Shown here: positions 16,061 through 25,942 of the stretch, in pieces
How positions within the stretch are numbered: position 1 is the stretch's first letter
Layout of the letters: each line of letters starts with the position of its first letter
IMG/VR virus record: IMGVR_UViG_3300035703_000111
Location: 1-57,432 of that record
Strand: one strand, 5' to 3'
DNA: 57,432 bases
Source of the DNA: a virus
Taxonomy: Duplodnaviria; Caudoviricetes
The notes under the pieces: model-generated
Told to the model about the DNA's origin: nothing
Database searches by the model: none
Seen by the model: the letters and a program-made list of their open reading frames with translations, nothing else
Position numbers and translations under genes: made by a program

Positions 16061-18649
16061 ATGGTACTACCACTTATCGCAGGTATTGGAAGTAAACTCT
16101 TATCCTCAGGAAAAACTGAAGATAAAGATATTAATGTATCTAAAAAGAAAATTAAAACGGAAAAATTATTTGATAAGAAAGGAGATAGTAGTGCCCTTGT
16201 AAAAACTGAAAAATCTTCAATACAATTAAGGCCTTCTAGTTCCTTAGTAAAATACAACTTTAAAAATTCTAAAGATAAAAGTTTAGATCTGACTTCAGAA
16301 GATAATAAAAATGTAGTTGGCGATGAACTTCAAAGCGTCATTGATGAAGTTAAAAAACTTAGAACTAACTTAGTTAAAGTTAGAGGATTGCTTGCGGAAA
16401 AGAAAAATTTTGATCTGAGTAAACTTGTTCAAAACAGAAAACTTCTCCAGTTACAAAAGGCAAAGAAAAGAGAAACTGATTTAGAAAAAAGAAAATCAAA
16501 GTTAAATATTGGAAAAATAGAAATTCCAAAACCAAAAATCAGTTTTCTTGAAACCATTCAAAACTTTTTCATGAATGTTTTAATTGGAAGTTTGTTAAAT
16601 CTTCTGATTGCTAATAGGAATATTATTTTTAAAGCATTTGATGATATTTCTAAAGGACTTACGAATATATTTGATGTAATAAGATATTCTATTATTTCTT
16701 TGTCCACAACTATGCCTAAACTTGTGAAGTCAGTTGCAAGTTTTGGTAAAAAGATTTTTGCTGGCCCTGCAAAGTTAACGGCAAATCTTTTAAAGAAACT
16801 AGGTGGTAGTATTAAAAATTTATTAGTAAAAACTGGTAAAGCACTTGGAAATTTTGTTTCGGGAACATTCAAAAATTTAAGAAATCTTGCTGGTGGCACA
16901 GGAACTGCTACTACCAGAGCGTCTGCGGTACAGCAAAGAGGATTATCTAAAGGTGCTGGAACTAAATCTCAACTTAGACAACTTCCAAAGCCAGGAATTC
17001 CAAAACCAACTTCTGGAACAACATTAAATAATGCTCAAAAATTATTTACATCTGGTGGATTTAAGCACTTTAAAAAAGTCTCTACGGTCTTTAAGAAGGT
17101 TCCTTTCATTGGTGCTTTGATTGGCATTGGCATTGACTTGGCAATGGGCGAAAGATTAGACAATGCCATTGCAGGCGCTGCTGGAGCATCTCTTGGAGCA
17201 GCGATTGGTGGAGCGATTGGAACAGCAGTTCTTCCAATACCTTTTGTTGGTACATTTCTTGGTGGTACAATTGGAGCTGCTATTGGTGATTGGGCTGGAA
17301 AAGAAATCTATAAAAAATTAAGTGGTCAGATAACACAAATTAACCCTCCTCCAGAACCAACTACAACTCCAGGACAGACACCAACTCCGTCACCTGGTAC
17401 AACTCCACTTTCACCTGGTTTTATGGGAAGTGGAGCTCCTGGTCAACTCTATACATCTAATGCATCTGTCACTTGGTATAATCCTGGTTTAGGTGGAATA
17501 AATTCTGGTACAGGAAAACCAGATCCAAATGCAAGAACATCAACTGGAGAACCTTATCAAGCTTCTGCTTATACTGCAGCAGCATTTCCTCCATTTTTGA
17601 GTTCTCTTCCTCTTAGTATGACAACAAGAACTCCAAATAATCCCAGCGGAAGAACTCTTGCTAGAGGCCAACAATTTAATGTTCTGGTTACAAACAAGAA
17701 AACAGGAAAGTCTGCTATTCTTAGAGTTAATGATGTCGGTAGTGGAGTAGGTCCTGCATCTAAACAAACTAAGTGGCTTGATTTTAGTGTTGCTGCTAGA
17801 GATTATCTGGGAACTGGTTCTGGATTTGAGATAAGGATGGCCCCACCTGGATCAAAACCAGGTCCTTTAAATGCTAGTGGTGTCCAACAAATACAAAAAA
17901 TGGGAGCAGCTGCAAATGCCAACGCCACTTCAAGTTATACTGTAGCTGGAATTACTTACGATACTGCTACGGGAAGACCTATAGATTTTCCCGGTCAAAG
18001 AACTTCAGTACCATTATTAAAACAATCTCAGTTACCAGCACTACCTCCTACAGGAACCTACAGTGGCCAACATTATGGAGCTTCTAGAAAAGGTGGTAGA
18101 AAACATGCTGGAGTTGATTTTGATATTAGTGGAAACGAAAAATTTTACTCTAGGATTGGTGGAGTTGTAACTAAAGTTGGACATGATCCTGGTGGATATG
18201 GAAATTATGTTGATATCTATAATGCAGATATTGGTAAAACGGAGAGAATTGCTGAAGGTAAGAGAGTTCTTGTTAAGAAAGGAGATACTATTAATCCTGG
18301 TCAAGCAGTAGTTCAAGGTGAAACTGAGACAGGAGTTATACATTATGAAATAAGACAAGGTGGTGGATATGGATTTTCTGGCACTGAGGATCCAACAAAA
18401 TTTTTGGCTTCTTTGGATCGAGGTGGTGGAGTTCGTTCCACTCAAGCACAAGCACTCAGACAACAAGCATCGTATGAACAAAGAGGTGGAAATATAGTTA
18501 TTCCTACTCCAATTGTTAGTGCGCCTGCACCGCTGCCATCACCCATGGCAGGTGCGGGTGGATTACTGCCAATAGGAATGAATAAAAAAGATGCATTAAA
18601 TAGTTATTATCAAGCTCAATTGATTGGATTCCTGTATAAACAAGGTTAA
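16061..18649 (+). CDS. tape-measure-like virion protein with RlpA-like (DPBB) and M23 peptidase domains
   Basis: Glycine-zipper AGASLGAAIGGAIG; WY.PG...TSTGEPY...TAA...V.VTN..TGKS...RVND.G...LD.S (RlpA-like); RKHAGVDF...HYEIR (M23). Confidence 0.72.
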   Translation: MVLPLIAGIGSKLLSSGKTEDKDINVSKKKIKTEKLFDKKGDSSALVKTEKSSIQLRPSSSLVKYNFKNSKDKSLDLTSEDNKNVVGDELQSVIDEVKKLRTNLVKVRGLLAEKKNFDLSKLVQNRKLLQLQKAKKRETDLEKRKSKLNIGKIEIPKPKISFLETIQNFFMNVLIGSLLNLLIANRNIIFKAFDDISKGLTNIFDVIRYSIISLSTTMPKLVKSVASFGKKIFAGPAKLTANLLKKLGGSIKNLLVKTGKALGNFVSGTFKNLRNLAGGTGTATTRASAVQQRGLSKGAGTKSQLRQLPKPGIPKPTSGTTLNNAQKLFTSGGFKHFKKVSTVFKKVPFIGALIGIGIDLAMGERLDNAIAGAAGASLGAAIGGAIGTAVLPIPFVGTFLGGTIGAAIGDWAGKEIYKKLSGQITQINPPPEPTTTPGQTPTPSPGTTPLSPGFMGSGAPGQLYTSNASVTWYNPGLGGINSGTGKPDPNARTSTGEPYQASAYTAAAFPPFLSSLPLSMTTRTPNNPSGRTLARGQQFNVLVTNKKTGKSAILRVNDVGSGVGPASKQTKWLDFSVAARDYLGTGSGFEIRMAPPGSKPGPLNASGVQQIQKMGAAANANATSSYTVAGITYDTATGRPIDFPGQRTSVPLLKQSQLPALPPTGTYSGQHYGASRKGGRKHAGVDFDISGNEKFYSRIGGVVTKVGHDPGGYGNYVDIYNADIGKTERIAEGKRVLVKKGDTINPGQAVVQGETETGVIHYEIRQGGGYGFSGTEDPTKFLASLDRGGGVRSTQAQALRQQASYEQRGGNIVIPTPIVSAPAPLPSPMAGAGGLLPIGMNKKDALNSYYQAQLIGFLYKQG

Positions 18650-18654
18650 AATAG

Positions 18655-20025
18655 ATGGCAGTAAATAACCCCGAAGTAAATCCTAGTAATATAAGTAGAT
18701 TTCAAATTTATGCTGCAGGAAATGGAACGGATTCTGTTGATGTTTCAATGGGAGCAGTAGAAATAAGTTACTATGAAAGTATATTATCAAATTCAGTTTC
18801 TCTTACTGCAACCATTGTTGAAACTGGACTTACTGATAAAAAAATTAATCCCGAACAATCAACACCATCGGGAATTATTGATACTCTTCCAATTCGAGGA
18901 GGAGAACAAGCAATAATAGAATTTGAAGATAATCAATCAACTCCCAACAAACTTTCATTTAAGGGTTCAAAATCTTTATATGTCAATAGAGTTAGAGGTA
19001 TAAATCCTGGAACACATAAAGATACTTATTCTATCGATTTTTGTACAAGAGAATTTATTTCTAATGAACAAACCAGAGTTATACGAAGATATGATGGAAA
19101 AATATCAGATAGCGTAGAAAATATTTTAAAAGATTCTCGCGGACTAAAAACCGAAAAAGAAATTGATACTGATTCTACCGCAATCAAATATAATTTTATA
19201 GGAAATGATAAGAAACCATTTTATGTTTGTACATGGTTAGCATCAAAGTCCATTCCAGAGTTGAGTGTTGATGGTAAAAATAGTGTTGGTGGAGCTGCTG
19301 GATATTTCTTTTTTGAGAATTATGATGGATTTAAATTCAAATCGATAGATAAACTTCTAGATAACAAAACGCAACCAAAAATAAAAAGATATATTTTTAA
19401 TGAAGATCAAAATCGTCCAGACGCTTATGATGGAAAAATAGTTTCTGTTAATATTGAAAGAGATATTGATCTGCAACAAAATTTAACTTTAGGAACTTAT
19501 TCCAACTCTAGTATCTTTTTTGATTTTTATGCGATGGATTATATTAGAAGAAATTACAATGTTGATGATGATCAAAAAGATAAAATTAAGAATGCAGGAT
19601 CTAAGGATATTGATTGGGTTGCGGATGAATTTAGAACCCCAACATCGAGACTCATGAGCCATGTATTAGATGTTGGAACATTACCTTCAGGAAAAGATAT
19701 TACTGCTCAGTTAGAAAATTGGAAAAGTACTCCGTTTGATCCAACTTATGATGCTGCTAATACAATGGTGCAGTCAATCATGAGATATAATCAACTTTTT
19801 ACGATTAAAACTAACATAATTATTCCTGGAGATTTTAGTCTCAGAGCAGGAGATCTTATCTACTGTGATTTTCCAGGATTGACTGTTGATAAAAATAAAG
19901 AAGTTAATCGAGAGACTGGAGGTATATATATGATAGCGAGTATATGTCACAGAATTACTCCTAGAAATACATTTTCTAGTTTGACTTTAGTAAGAGACAC
20001 TTTTGGCAGAAAGCCTTTTAAGTAA
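18655..20025 (+). CDS. baseplate hub/tail protein (gp27-like position)
   Basis: YYES.L, LPIRGGE, GYFFFEN.DGFKFKSID.L, PGDFSL.AGD.I, GG.YMI..ICH: hub-type pattern immediately upstream of gp5. Confidence 0.6.
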   Translation: MAVNNPEVNPSNISRFQIYAAGNGTDSVDVSMGAVEISYYESILSNSVSLTATIVETGLTDKKINPEQSTPSGIIDTLPIRGGEQAIIEFEDNQSTPNKLSFKGSKSLYVNRVRGINPGTHKDTYSIDFCTREFISNEQTRVIRRYDGKISDSVENILKDSRGLKTEKEIDTDSTAIKYNFIGNDKKPFYVCTWLASKSIPELSVDGKNSVGGAAGYFFFENYDGFKFKSIDKLLDNKTQPKIKRYIFNEDQNRPDAYDGKIVSVNIERDIDLQQNLTLGTYSNSSIFFDFYAMDYIRRNYNVDDDQKDKIKNAGSKDIDWVADEFRTPTSRLMSHVLDVGTLPSGKDITAQLENWKSTPFDPTYDAANTMVQSIMRYNQLFTIKTNIIIPGDFSLRAGDLIYCDFPGLTVDKNKEVNRETGGIYMIASICHRITPRNTFSSLTLVRDTFGRKPFK

Positions 20026-20026
20026 C

Positions 20027-20242
20027 ATGGACAGAACAATTCAACAACATATTGATAATGATCGTGATGAAATTAATAATCCAAACACAAGTGGCCAACG
20101 CCGCCGTCATTTAGAAGATGAACTTGATTGCCTTGAAAAGTATCAGGCAAATCATCCAACTGATGATCATGATCCAAGTCCACTAGAACTTTTTTGTGAT
20201 GCAAATCCAGATGCATTAGAATGTAGGATTTATGAAGACTGA
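20027..20242 (+). CDS. cp12: CP12 Calvin-cycle inhibitor
   Basis: C-terminal SPLELFCDANPDALECRIYED is the CP12 GAPDH-binding motif; cyanophage-type N-terminus. Confidence 0.92.
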   Translation: MDRTIQQHIDNDRDEINNPNTSGQRRRHLEDELDCLEKYQANHPTDDHDPSPLELFCDANPDALECRIYED

Positions 20243-22521
20243 TGATTGAACAAGGACTTTTTAAACGACACTTTGTTGGTCGTGATGGTTTTATATGGTG
20301 GATCGGTCAAGTAGTTTCTGAGGAAAAGTGGGCTGGAAACATTCCCGCAAAACCAACAAGAAATACATCAGATCATGCAGGTTTTGGCGAAAGATATAAA
20401 GTTCGCATTATGGGATATCATACTGCGAATAAAAAAGAATTAAGTGACGATGAGTTGCCTTGGGCATCTGTAATGTATCCAGTTACCGCAGGTGGTGGTG
20501 GTGCTGGAACATGGTCTAATGCTGCGATTCGTCAAGGTAATTTTGTTTTCGGTTTTTTCATTGATGGTGAAGATGCACAACAACCTGTAATTATGGGTGT
20601 GTTAGGAACTAATCAATACACGGCCCTTGCATCAAAAGATAATCCTGACATAGCATTCTTTCCTTTCAGTGGTTACACCAATACTAATACTGTTGCAAGA
20701 TATTCACTAACACTAGATAACACTACATCTCCACCAGCAACTCAAACTGGATCTACACAGAAACCTAGTAATAAAGGAAAACAAGAAGGTGTTGCTGGGC
20801 AAGAGTTATCTTCTGGATCTGATAAAGAACAATATGAAAATGGAAAAGTAAAAAATCCTATTCCTAAACCATCAACTTGTGAACCAGTTCCTTTAGGAGC
20901 AATACAGAGACGAATTAAAAATCTTATTGCTGATATTGAAAGAATTAAAAAGACTGCTGGTGATTGGGAAACAAAAGTATCTACAAAGATTGCTAACATT
21001 GAAGAACAAATTAATAAACAGATTACGAAAGCATCTGAGTATATCTCTGGTGGTATAAAGTGGTTGATTGAGGAGGTTCAGAAATACACCACTAATAAAA
21101 TAAACAACACAATGAAAGATACTTATTATCTTTTGTTTCCAAATCAAAGACCAAAACTTAAAAAAGCAGTAGAGACTGCAAATGATTTGATTGCGTGTTT
21201 ATTCAGAAAAATTATTAGCAACCTCTTGAAAATGGTTGGTAAATTTTTACTTGCTGCTGTTGATCGATTTATCAATACTCCTTTATGTGCTGTTGAAAAT
21301 TTTGTTGGCGCATTGGTTGGCAAACTTGCTGGTCTAATTACCTCTGCTGTTGATGCTATTCTTGGTCCAGTAAAGGCAATCGTAGGTGCAGCATTTGATC
21401 TTGCTGGAGGAATTTTAAATTTTATCACTGATCTTCTTTCTTTCTTATCTTGTGAAGAAAAACCATCTTGTGCAGAAATTAAAGAATGGAGTATTTGGGA
21501 AGGATCTGAATCTGTTGCGACTTTAGATCTTAATTCAATCGTAAATAAAGTTCAAAATGTTGCCAGCACTATTACTCAGGCAATTGATCCAAATAATTTT
21601 AATTTTGATTTAGATTTTACTGATGTATTTGATTCTCTGAATTCTTGTAATGTTGGTCCAATTTTCTGTGGTCCACCAATTGTTGAGTTTTATGGTGGTG
21701 GTGGATCTGGTGCAACTGGAAATGCAATTATTGGAGCTGCTGGTGATATTCTTGGAGTTGACATCATAAGTCCAGGATCTGGATATTCATCTCCGCCTTT
21801 TGTTAATTTTAAAGATAATTGTGGAAATGGAAGAGGTGCATCTGGTAGAGCGATTCTTGGACAAGTTCCGGTAACTGGTGGTGAAACAGGAGTAACTCAA
21901 ACGACAGGAGTAGTAAATGTTGTTATTGATCAATCTGGCACTGGATACTTACCATCTCCAGATGGAAGTCAAGGTGGAGATGGTAGAACATGGGCTCAGG
22001 TAGGAGATACCATTGTTAAGAGAGCAAATGGTACATATGATTCTCCTTACAAGTCTGGACAGGTTATTAATTTGAACCCTGGCGATACTGTTCAGTCTCC
22101 TTCTGAACCAACGTATACCGTTAATGAACCGACAACTATAACCGCTCCAGAATATAATGTTCAAAAGGTTGGTGGAAATAGTCCAACTTTAAATGATGGT
22201 GAGTATCCAGTTATTCTTGAAGTTGGAGATGTGTTTATTTCTGATTCAGGATTCTCATATGAAAATGGAGATAATATTGTAGTGTCTCCATCTAATGGAT
22301 TAGTCTTAGAACCAAAATTCGACAGTCTTGGATCTTTAACTAAGATAAATGTTATAAATCCTGGTCAAGGATTTAAAGAATTTCCAAATATTTACATTGA
22401 GAGTGATACAGGTTATAATGCTAAGATTATTCCAATCTTTAATGTGAGAAGAGTTGATGAAGAATCTCAAGTTCCAGTTAATGGAATTATCAATGTTGTA
22501 GATTGTGTAGGTAAGTTCTAA
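20242..22521 (+). CDS. gp5: baseplate hub/spike protein (gp5 N-terminal OB domain, no lysozyme domain seen)
   Basis: GRDGF.WWIGQV, RYKVRIMGYH, LPWA, G.FVFGFF.DG.DAQQPVIMG. Confidence 0.85.
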   Translation: MIEQGLFKRHFVGRDGFIWWIGQVVSEEKWAGNIPAKPTRNTSDHAGFGERYKVRIMGYHTANKKELSDDELPWASVMYPVTAGGGGAGTWSNAAIRQGNFVFGFFIDGEDAQQPVIMGVLGTNQYTALASKDNPDIAFFPFSGYTNTNTVARYSLTLDNTTSPPATQTGSTQKPSNKGKQEGVAGQELSSGSDKEQYENGKVKNPIPKPSTCEPVPLGAIQRRIKNLIADIERIKKTAGDWETKVSTKIANIEEQINKQITKASEYISGGIKWLIEEVQKYTTNKINNTMKDTYYLLFPNQRPKLKKAVETANDLIACLFRKIISNLLKMVGKFLLAAVDRFINTPLCAVENFVGALVGKLAGLITSAVDAILGPVKAIVGAAFDLAGGILNFITDLLSFLSCEEKPSCAEIKEWSIWEGSESVATLDLNSIVNKVQNVASTITQAIDPNNFNFDLDFTDVFDSLNSCNVGPIFCGPPIVEFYGGGGSGATGNAIIGAAGDILGVDIISPGSGYSSPPFVNFKDNCGNGRGASGRAILGQVPVTGGETGVTQTTGVVNVVIDQSGTGYLPSPDGSQGGDGRTWAQVGDTIVKRANGTYDSPYKSGQVINLNPGDTVQSPSEPTYTVNEPTTITAPEYNVQKVGGNSPTLNDGEYPVILEVGDVFISDSGFSYENGDNIVVSPSNGLVLEPKFDSLGSLTKINVINPGQGFKEFPNIYIESDTGYNAKIIPIFNVRRVDEESQVPVNGIINVVDCVGKF

Positions 22522-23105
22522 TGTCAGAAAGAACAAATTATCATTTCAATCGTATTGGTAATGATCATGGCGAAATAAGATTTGGTCATATTCATCAAGA
22601 CAATAATCTTGCTGGAGTTCTTATACGGACCGGTGAAGATGGTGGAAGACATTATATTCAAATGGATTCTACAGGTGATATTGATCAGGGAAGAAAAGGA
22701 AGCACAATTAATGTTTGTCCTGGATCTTTCTCTGTAATGGCAGGAAAAGATGTTGCAAAAGAAACACCAGCAATCTTTCAGTATGCGGAAAATGGTGATA
22801 TAATCATTGGTGCTCCAAGCGGCCGAATTAGAATTTTTGCTCAAAATATTGAATTGATTGCTTCCGGTTCTGATGGTCAAAATGGAGTTATAACTATTGA
22901 CGGTAACGAAAAGGTTATTGTAAAAGCACCACAAATTGATATTAATTCAAAGGTATCTACAAAAATTTTCTCTGAAAAAACTGTAGATGTGATTGGTAAA
23001 GCAATCTTAAATATATACGGAGGACTTATTGATTGTGCAGATGGTGCAACAAAGAGAAAAGGATCAAAAGGTGGTTCAACAAATGAGGAGCAAAATAAAA
23101 GATGA
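22521..23105 (+). CDS. spike-associated beta-rich virion protein
   Basis: AENGDI.I.AP.GRI.I.A.NI.L.A beta-repeat; follows gp5. Confidence 0.6.
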   Translation: MSERTNYHFNRIGNDHGEIRFGHIHQDNNLAGVLIRTGEDGGRHYIQMDSTGDIDQGRKGSTINVCPGSFSVMAGKDVAKETPAIFQYAENGDIIIGAPSGRIRIFAQNIELIASGSDGQNGVITIDGNEKVIVKAPQIDINSKVSTKIFSEKTVDVIGKAILNIYGGLIDCADGATKRKGSKGGSTNEEQNKR

Positions 23106-23878
23106 AAGTACCTGATTTATATGTTGGTAAGCGATTATTCGTTGGAGAAGGTAATCCAATTTCACTAGGACTTGGACCAGCTGAAGCAAGAGGTTCTGCT
23201 TATATTGAAGGTCCTGCAATTGTTGGAGAACCTTCGTCATTTCCATTTAATTATGCAACCTTAATGGTTGGACCAAATAGGAATAAAGAGGCAATACCTC
23301 CGGTTGTTCCTGGAGCATTGTGTACTGGTGTTAATAATCCATATTCTCTTGCTGTTGATGGAGATGCTGCAATTTTTAATACTTTAGATGTTGCTTTAAA
23401 TATTAATGCTGGACTGAATATTGTTGCACAAGGAGAGGTGATGTCTCGTTGTGGTGGCCACATTCTTTCTGCTAAGAAGAACTTTGATATTCCTCATCCA
23501 ACCAAAGAAGGTTGGAGACTTCGCCACACTTGTCCAGAAGGTCCATCTAATGATGTTTACACTCGTGGCAGAGTAACAGGTAAAAGAGAAATTGAATTGC
23601 CAGAGTATTGGACTGAACTTGTTGATCCAAGGTCAATTACAGTATCACTCACTCCGATTGGTGCTCATCAAGATGTAATTGTAAAAAGAATTGGTGAAAA
23701 CAAGGTGTTCTTACAATCGAGAGGAAATATGCCTATTGATTGTTACTATCACATTTTTGCAGAAAGAAAAGACGGTGAGAAACTTATTCCTGAATATCAA
23801 GGAGAAAGTCCTGCCGATTATCCAGGAAACAATAACGAGTATTCTGTTTCTGGTTATCACTATGATGTCAAGGAGTAA
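23102..23878 (+). CDS. conserved virion protein
   Basis: C-terminal FDIPHP.K...RLRH.C.EGP...VY.RGR domain; paralog of 23881..24534. Confidence 0.7.
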   Translation: MKVPDLYVGKRLFVGEGNPISLGLGPAEARGSAYIEGPAIVGEPSSFPFNYATLMVGPNRNKEAIPPVVPGALCTGVNNPYSLAVDGDAAIFNTLDVALNINAGLNIVAQGEVMSRCGGHILSAKKNFDIPHPTKEGWRLRHTCPEGPSNDVYTRGRVTGKREIELPEYWTELVDPRSITVSLTPIGAHQDVIVKRIGENKVFLQSRGNMPIDCYYHIFAERKDGEKLIPEYQGESPADYPGNNNEYSVSGYHYDVKE

Positions 23879-23880
23879 TT

Positions 23881-24534
23881 ATGGCAAACGAATTTATACC
23901 TAGAAGTTTTGGTAGAAGAAATTGTGATGATCCTATAACAGGAATTCCTCATCCAAACTTTGATTATTTGCATAGAACTACTACAGGAGACGAAGATTAT
24001 CCTGAAGATGCTTGTGCAAGATATCTTCAGGTAAATGCAAAATTTGATAATCTTCAAGTTACTAGTACTGTTACCGCTGCAAATTTCCAAGGGACAATCA
24101 ATGTCCAATCTTGGAAAGGATTTGATATCAAACATCCAAATAAATCAAACTATCGACTTAGACATATTTGTTTAGAAGGTCCTGAAGCCGGAGTATATCA
24201 CAGAGGAAGACTTACTAATTCTAATATTATTAATGTTCCAGAATACTGGATTGGACTCATTGATCCAGAAAGTATTACTGTTACATTAACACAGATTGGT
24301 TACTCTCAAGATCTCATTGTTGAAAGAATTGAATGGGGGAAAAATATTATTATTAAATCTGGAACAGGATCTAATATTGATTGTTACTATACGATACAAG
24401 CATCTCGAATTGATGGTCAAAAGTTAATCGTGGAGTATGAAGGTCAAACTCCTGCAGATTATCCTGGTGACTCATCTCAGTTCTCTATTTCAGGATATGA
24501 CTACGGTGCCAAAGGTGTTGACAGAGCGGATTGA
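23881..24534 (+). CDS. conserved virion protein (paralog of the upstream gene)
   Basis: FDIKHPNK..YRLRHICLEGPEAGVYHRGR; shares the EY.G..PADYPG tail. Confidence 0.7.
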   Translation: MANEFIPRSFGRRNCDDPITGIPHPNFDYLHRTTTGDEDYPEDACARYLQVNAKFDNLQVTSTVTAANFQGTINVQSWKGFDIKHPNKSNYRLRHICLEGPEAGVYHRGRLTNSNIINVPEYWIGLIDPESITVTLTQIGYSQDLIVERIEWGKNIIIKSGTGSNIDCYYTIQASRIDGQKLIVEYEGQTPADYPGDSSQFSISGYDYGAKGVDRAD

Positions 24535-24546
24535 GTATCCTATACT
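24518..24546 (+). promoter_or_regulatory. sigma70 (early) promoter
   Basis: TTGACA-17 nt-TATACT. Confidence 0.75.
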
Positions 24547-24571
24547 ACTAAGGTAATCAACGAAAGACCTG

Positions 24572-24754
24572 ATGCAAGACGAGTACCTCTCACGCTGCGT
24601 GGTGGACCCTGTAAAGCGTACAGTGTATCTGTATTCTAGTGAAGGATCAGAGAAGCAAGTGACCTGTGAGACCGTGGATGAGTTTATGAATGTGCTAGAG
24701 TTCGTTCGTGCTACAGTGGATGAAGAGACACTCTCATACGCAAATCCACTTTAG
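24572..24754 (+). CDS. conserved cyanophage hypothetical protein
   Basis: 60-aa ORF downstream of the promoter; LYS.EG....V.C.T..EFMNVL motif. Confidence 0.7.
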   Translation: MQDEYLSRCVVDPVKRTVYLYSSEGSEKQVTCETVDEFMNVLEFVRATVDEETLSYANPL

Positions 24755-24814
24755 TTTCCATTTTAGGTCGTAAAAATTTCCGGCAAAAATTCTCACACGA
24801 TACTTTTTTTTAAA

Positions 24815-25021
24815 ATGAATCCTTATCGCATTAACTACAAAGCACTGAAAGAAGAACCAGTGAAAACAACACCAGAGAATGTGAAGGAAGCAAATGAGAA
24901 CTTGTTTCGTGCCAAGTGGAATCTTCCTCAAGCAGCAAAGCACTGCGGAATGTCACATAAAGAAATGAAGTTGACATTCTTTGAGTACTTGAAGTATAAT
25001 CCTGTTACTTACAAAGCGTAA
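24815..25021 (+). CDS. hypothetical protein (possible HTH)
   Basis: VKTTPENV.EAN..LF...WNLP.AA.HCGM...EMK.TF. Confidence 0.7.
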   Translation: MNPYRINYKALKEEPVKTTPENVKEANENLFRAKWNLPQAAKHCGMSHKEMKLTFFEYLKYNPVTYKA

Positions 25022-25031
25022 GTTTTTTATT

Positions 25032-25469
25032 ATGAAAATATATGGTCCATATACTGGTAAAGATGGAAGACAAAGAATTGTTCTTTATGAAAATGGAAAA
25101 AGAACTACAGTTTCTTATCCAAAATATCTTTTAGAGCAAAAACTTGGTAGACCTCTTTTACCAGATGAAACTTGTGACCATATTGATGGTGATGTATCAA
25201 ACAATTCTCTTGACAATTTACAAGTTTTAAGTAGAATTGATAATGTAAAAAAGCACGCAGCAGTACATAACAGAGCAGAAATAATTTGTTGTGTATGTCC
25301 TGAATGTGACAAATCTTTCTATAAACCAGCAAGAGATATTAGGCATAACAATATTAAACAACAAAAAGTTGGACCATTTTGCTCTAAATCTTGTGCTGGA
25401 AAGTATAGTCAAAGATTAAACAAAACCTTTAGAGGAGGAAAACCAAATCTAAACTACAAGCCCGTGTGA
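25032..25469 (+). CDS. free-standing HNH homing endonuclease
   Basis: DHIDGD..NN.L.NLQVLS...N...H HNH core plus C-terminal CxxC...FCSKSC zinc motif. Confidence 0.88.
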   Translation: MKIYGPYTGKDGRQRIVLYENGKRTTVSYPKYLLEQKLGRPLLPDETCDHIDGDVSNNSLDNLQVLSRIDNVKKHAAVHNRAEIICCVCPECDKSFYKPARDIRHNNIKQQKVGPFCSKSCAGKYSQRLNKTFRGGKPNLNYKPV

Positions 25470-25533
25470 CCCAGCGGAATGAGGTTCTCGACTTAAAATC
25501 GAGCAGTCGGCGGTTCGAATCCGCCCACGGGTA
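25460..25533 (+). tRNA. tRNA-Leu(TAA)
   Basis: Acceptor GCCCGTG/CACGGGT+A; anticodon stem CTCGA/TCGAG with loop CT-TAA-AA; T-arm GGCGG-TTCGAAT-CCGCC. Confidence 0.9.
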
Positions 25534-25577
25534 TGAGGTTTAACCTCTAAATACTCAAAAGTAATAGGAACATTCCT

Positions 25578-25847
25578 ATGAAGTACAGAATTGATGCCGC
25601 ATATGTCTGGTACAATCGCGGAAGACAAATTGTTTTGATGTATTTCATTAATCAGATTCCTTTTACTTTTGATGAACTCCCTGACGAATCTTTATTTGAC
25701 TTGGAGTTAATCGAATTAGCAGACAACGAAAGACGCTTTGAACCAGAGGACTTGTATCAATCTTCTTACTATCTTATGTTAGAAGAATGTCATCCTTTGC
25801 TTTATGAGTTAGATTTAGAAAATCCAGAGTGTCTGCCTCAAGATTAA
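25578..25847 (+). CDS. conserved cyanophage hypothetical protein
   Basis: VLMYFI..IPFTFDELP...S.YL..EE.HPL motif. Confidence 0.7.
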   Translation: MKYRIDAAYVWYNRGRQIVLMYFINQIPFTFDELPDESLFDLELIELADNERRFEPEDLYQSSYYLMLEECHPLLYELDLENPECLPQD

Positions 25848-25849
25848 AT

Positions 25850-25922
25850 GCCCTTGTAGCTCAGTTGGTAGAGCACCGCTTTTGTAAAGCGGTTGTCGCA
25901 AGTTCGAGTCTTGTCGGGGGCT
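25850..25922 (+). tRNA. tRNA-Thr(TGT)
   Basis: Acceptor GCCCTTG/CGGGGGC+T; D-arm GCTC-AGTTGGTA-GAGC; anticodon CCGCT-TTTGTAA-AGCGG; TTCGAGT T-loop. Confidence 0.95.
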
Positions 25923-25942
25923 CTGAGTTCTTTATAACTCCA

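Noticed and set aside
24765-24812. Phased A-tract/imperfect hairpin (AAAAATTTCCGGCAAAAATT) as an origin or ncRNA
   Set aside because: Single short occurrence with weak pairing; at most a weak terminator, so no function can be supported.
25829-25942. N-terminal extension of ORF 25829..26101
   Set aside because: It is a translation of the tRNA-Thr gene; the real start is more likely 25943.
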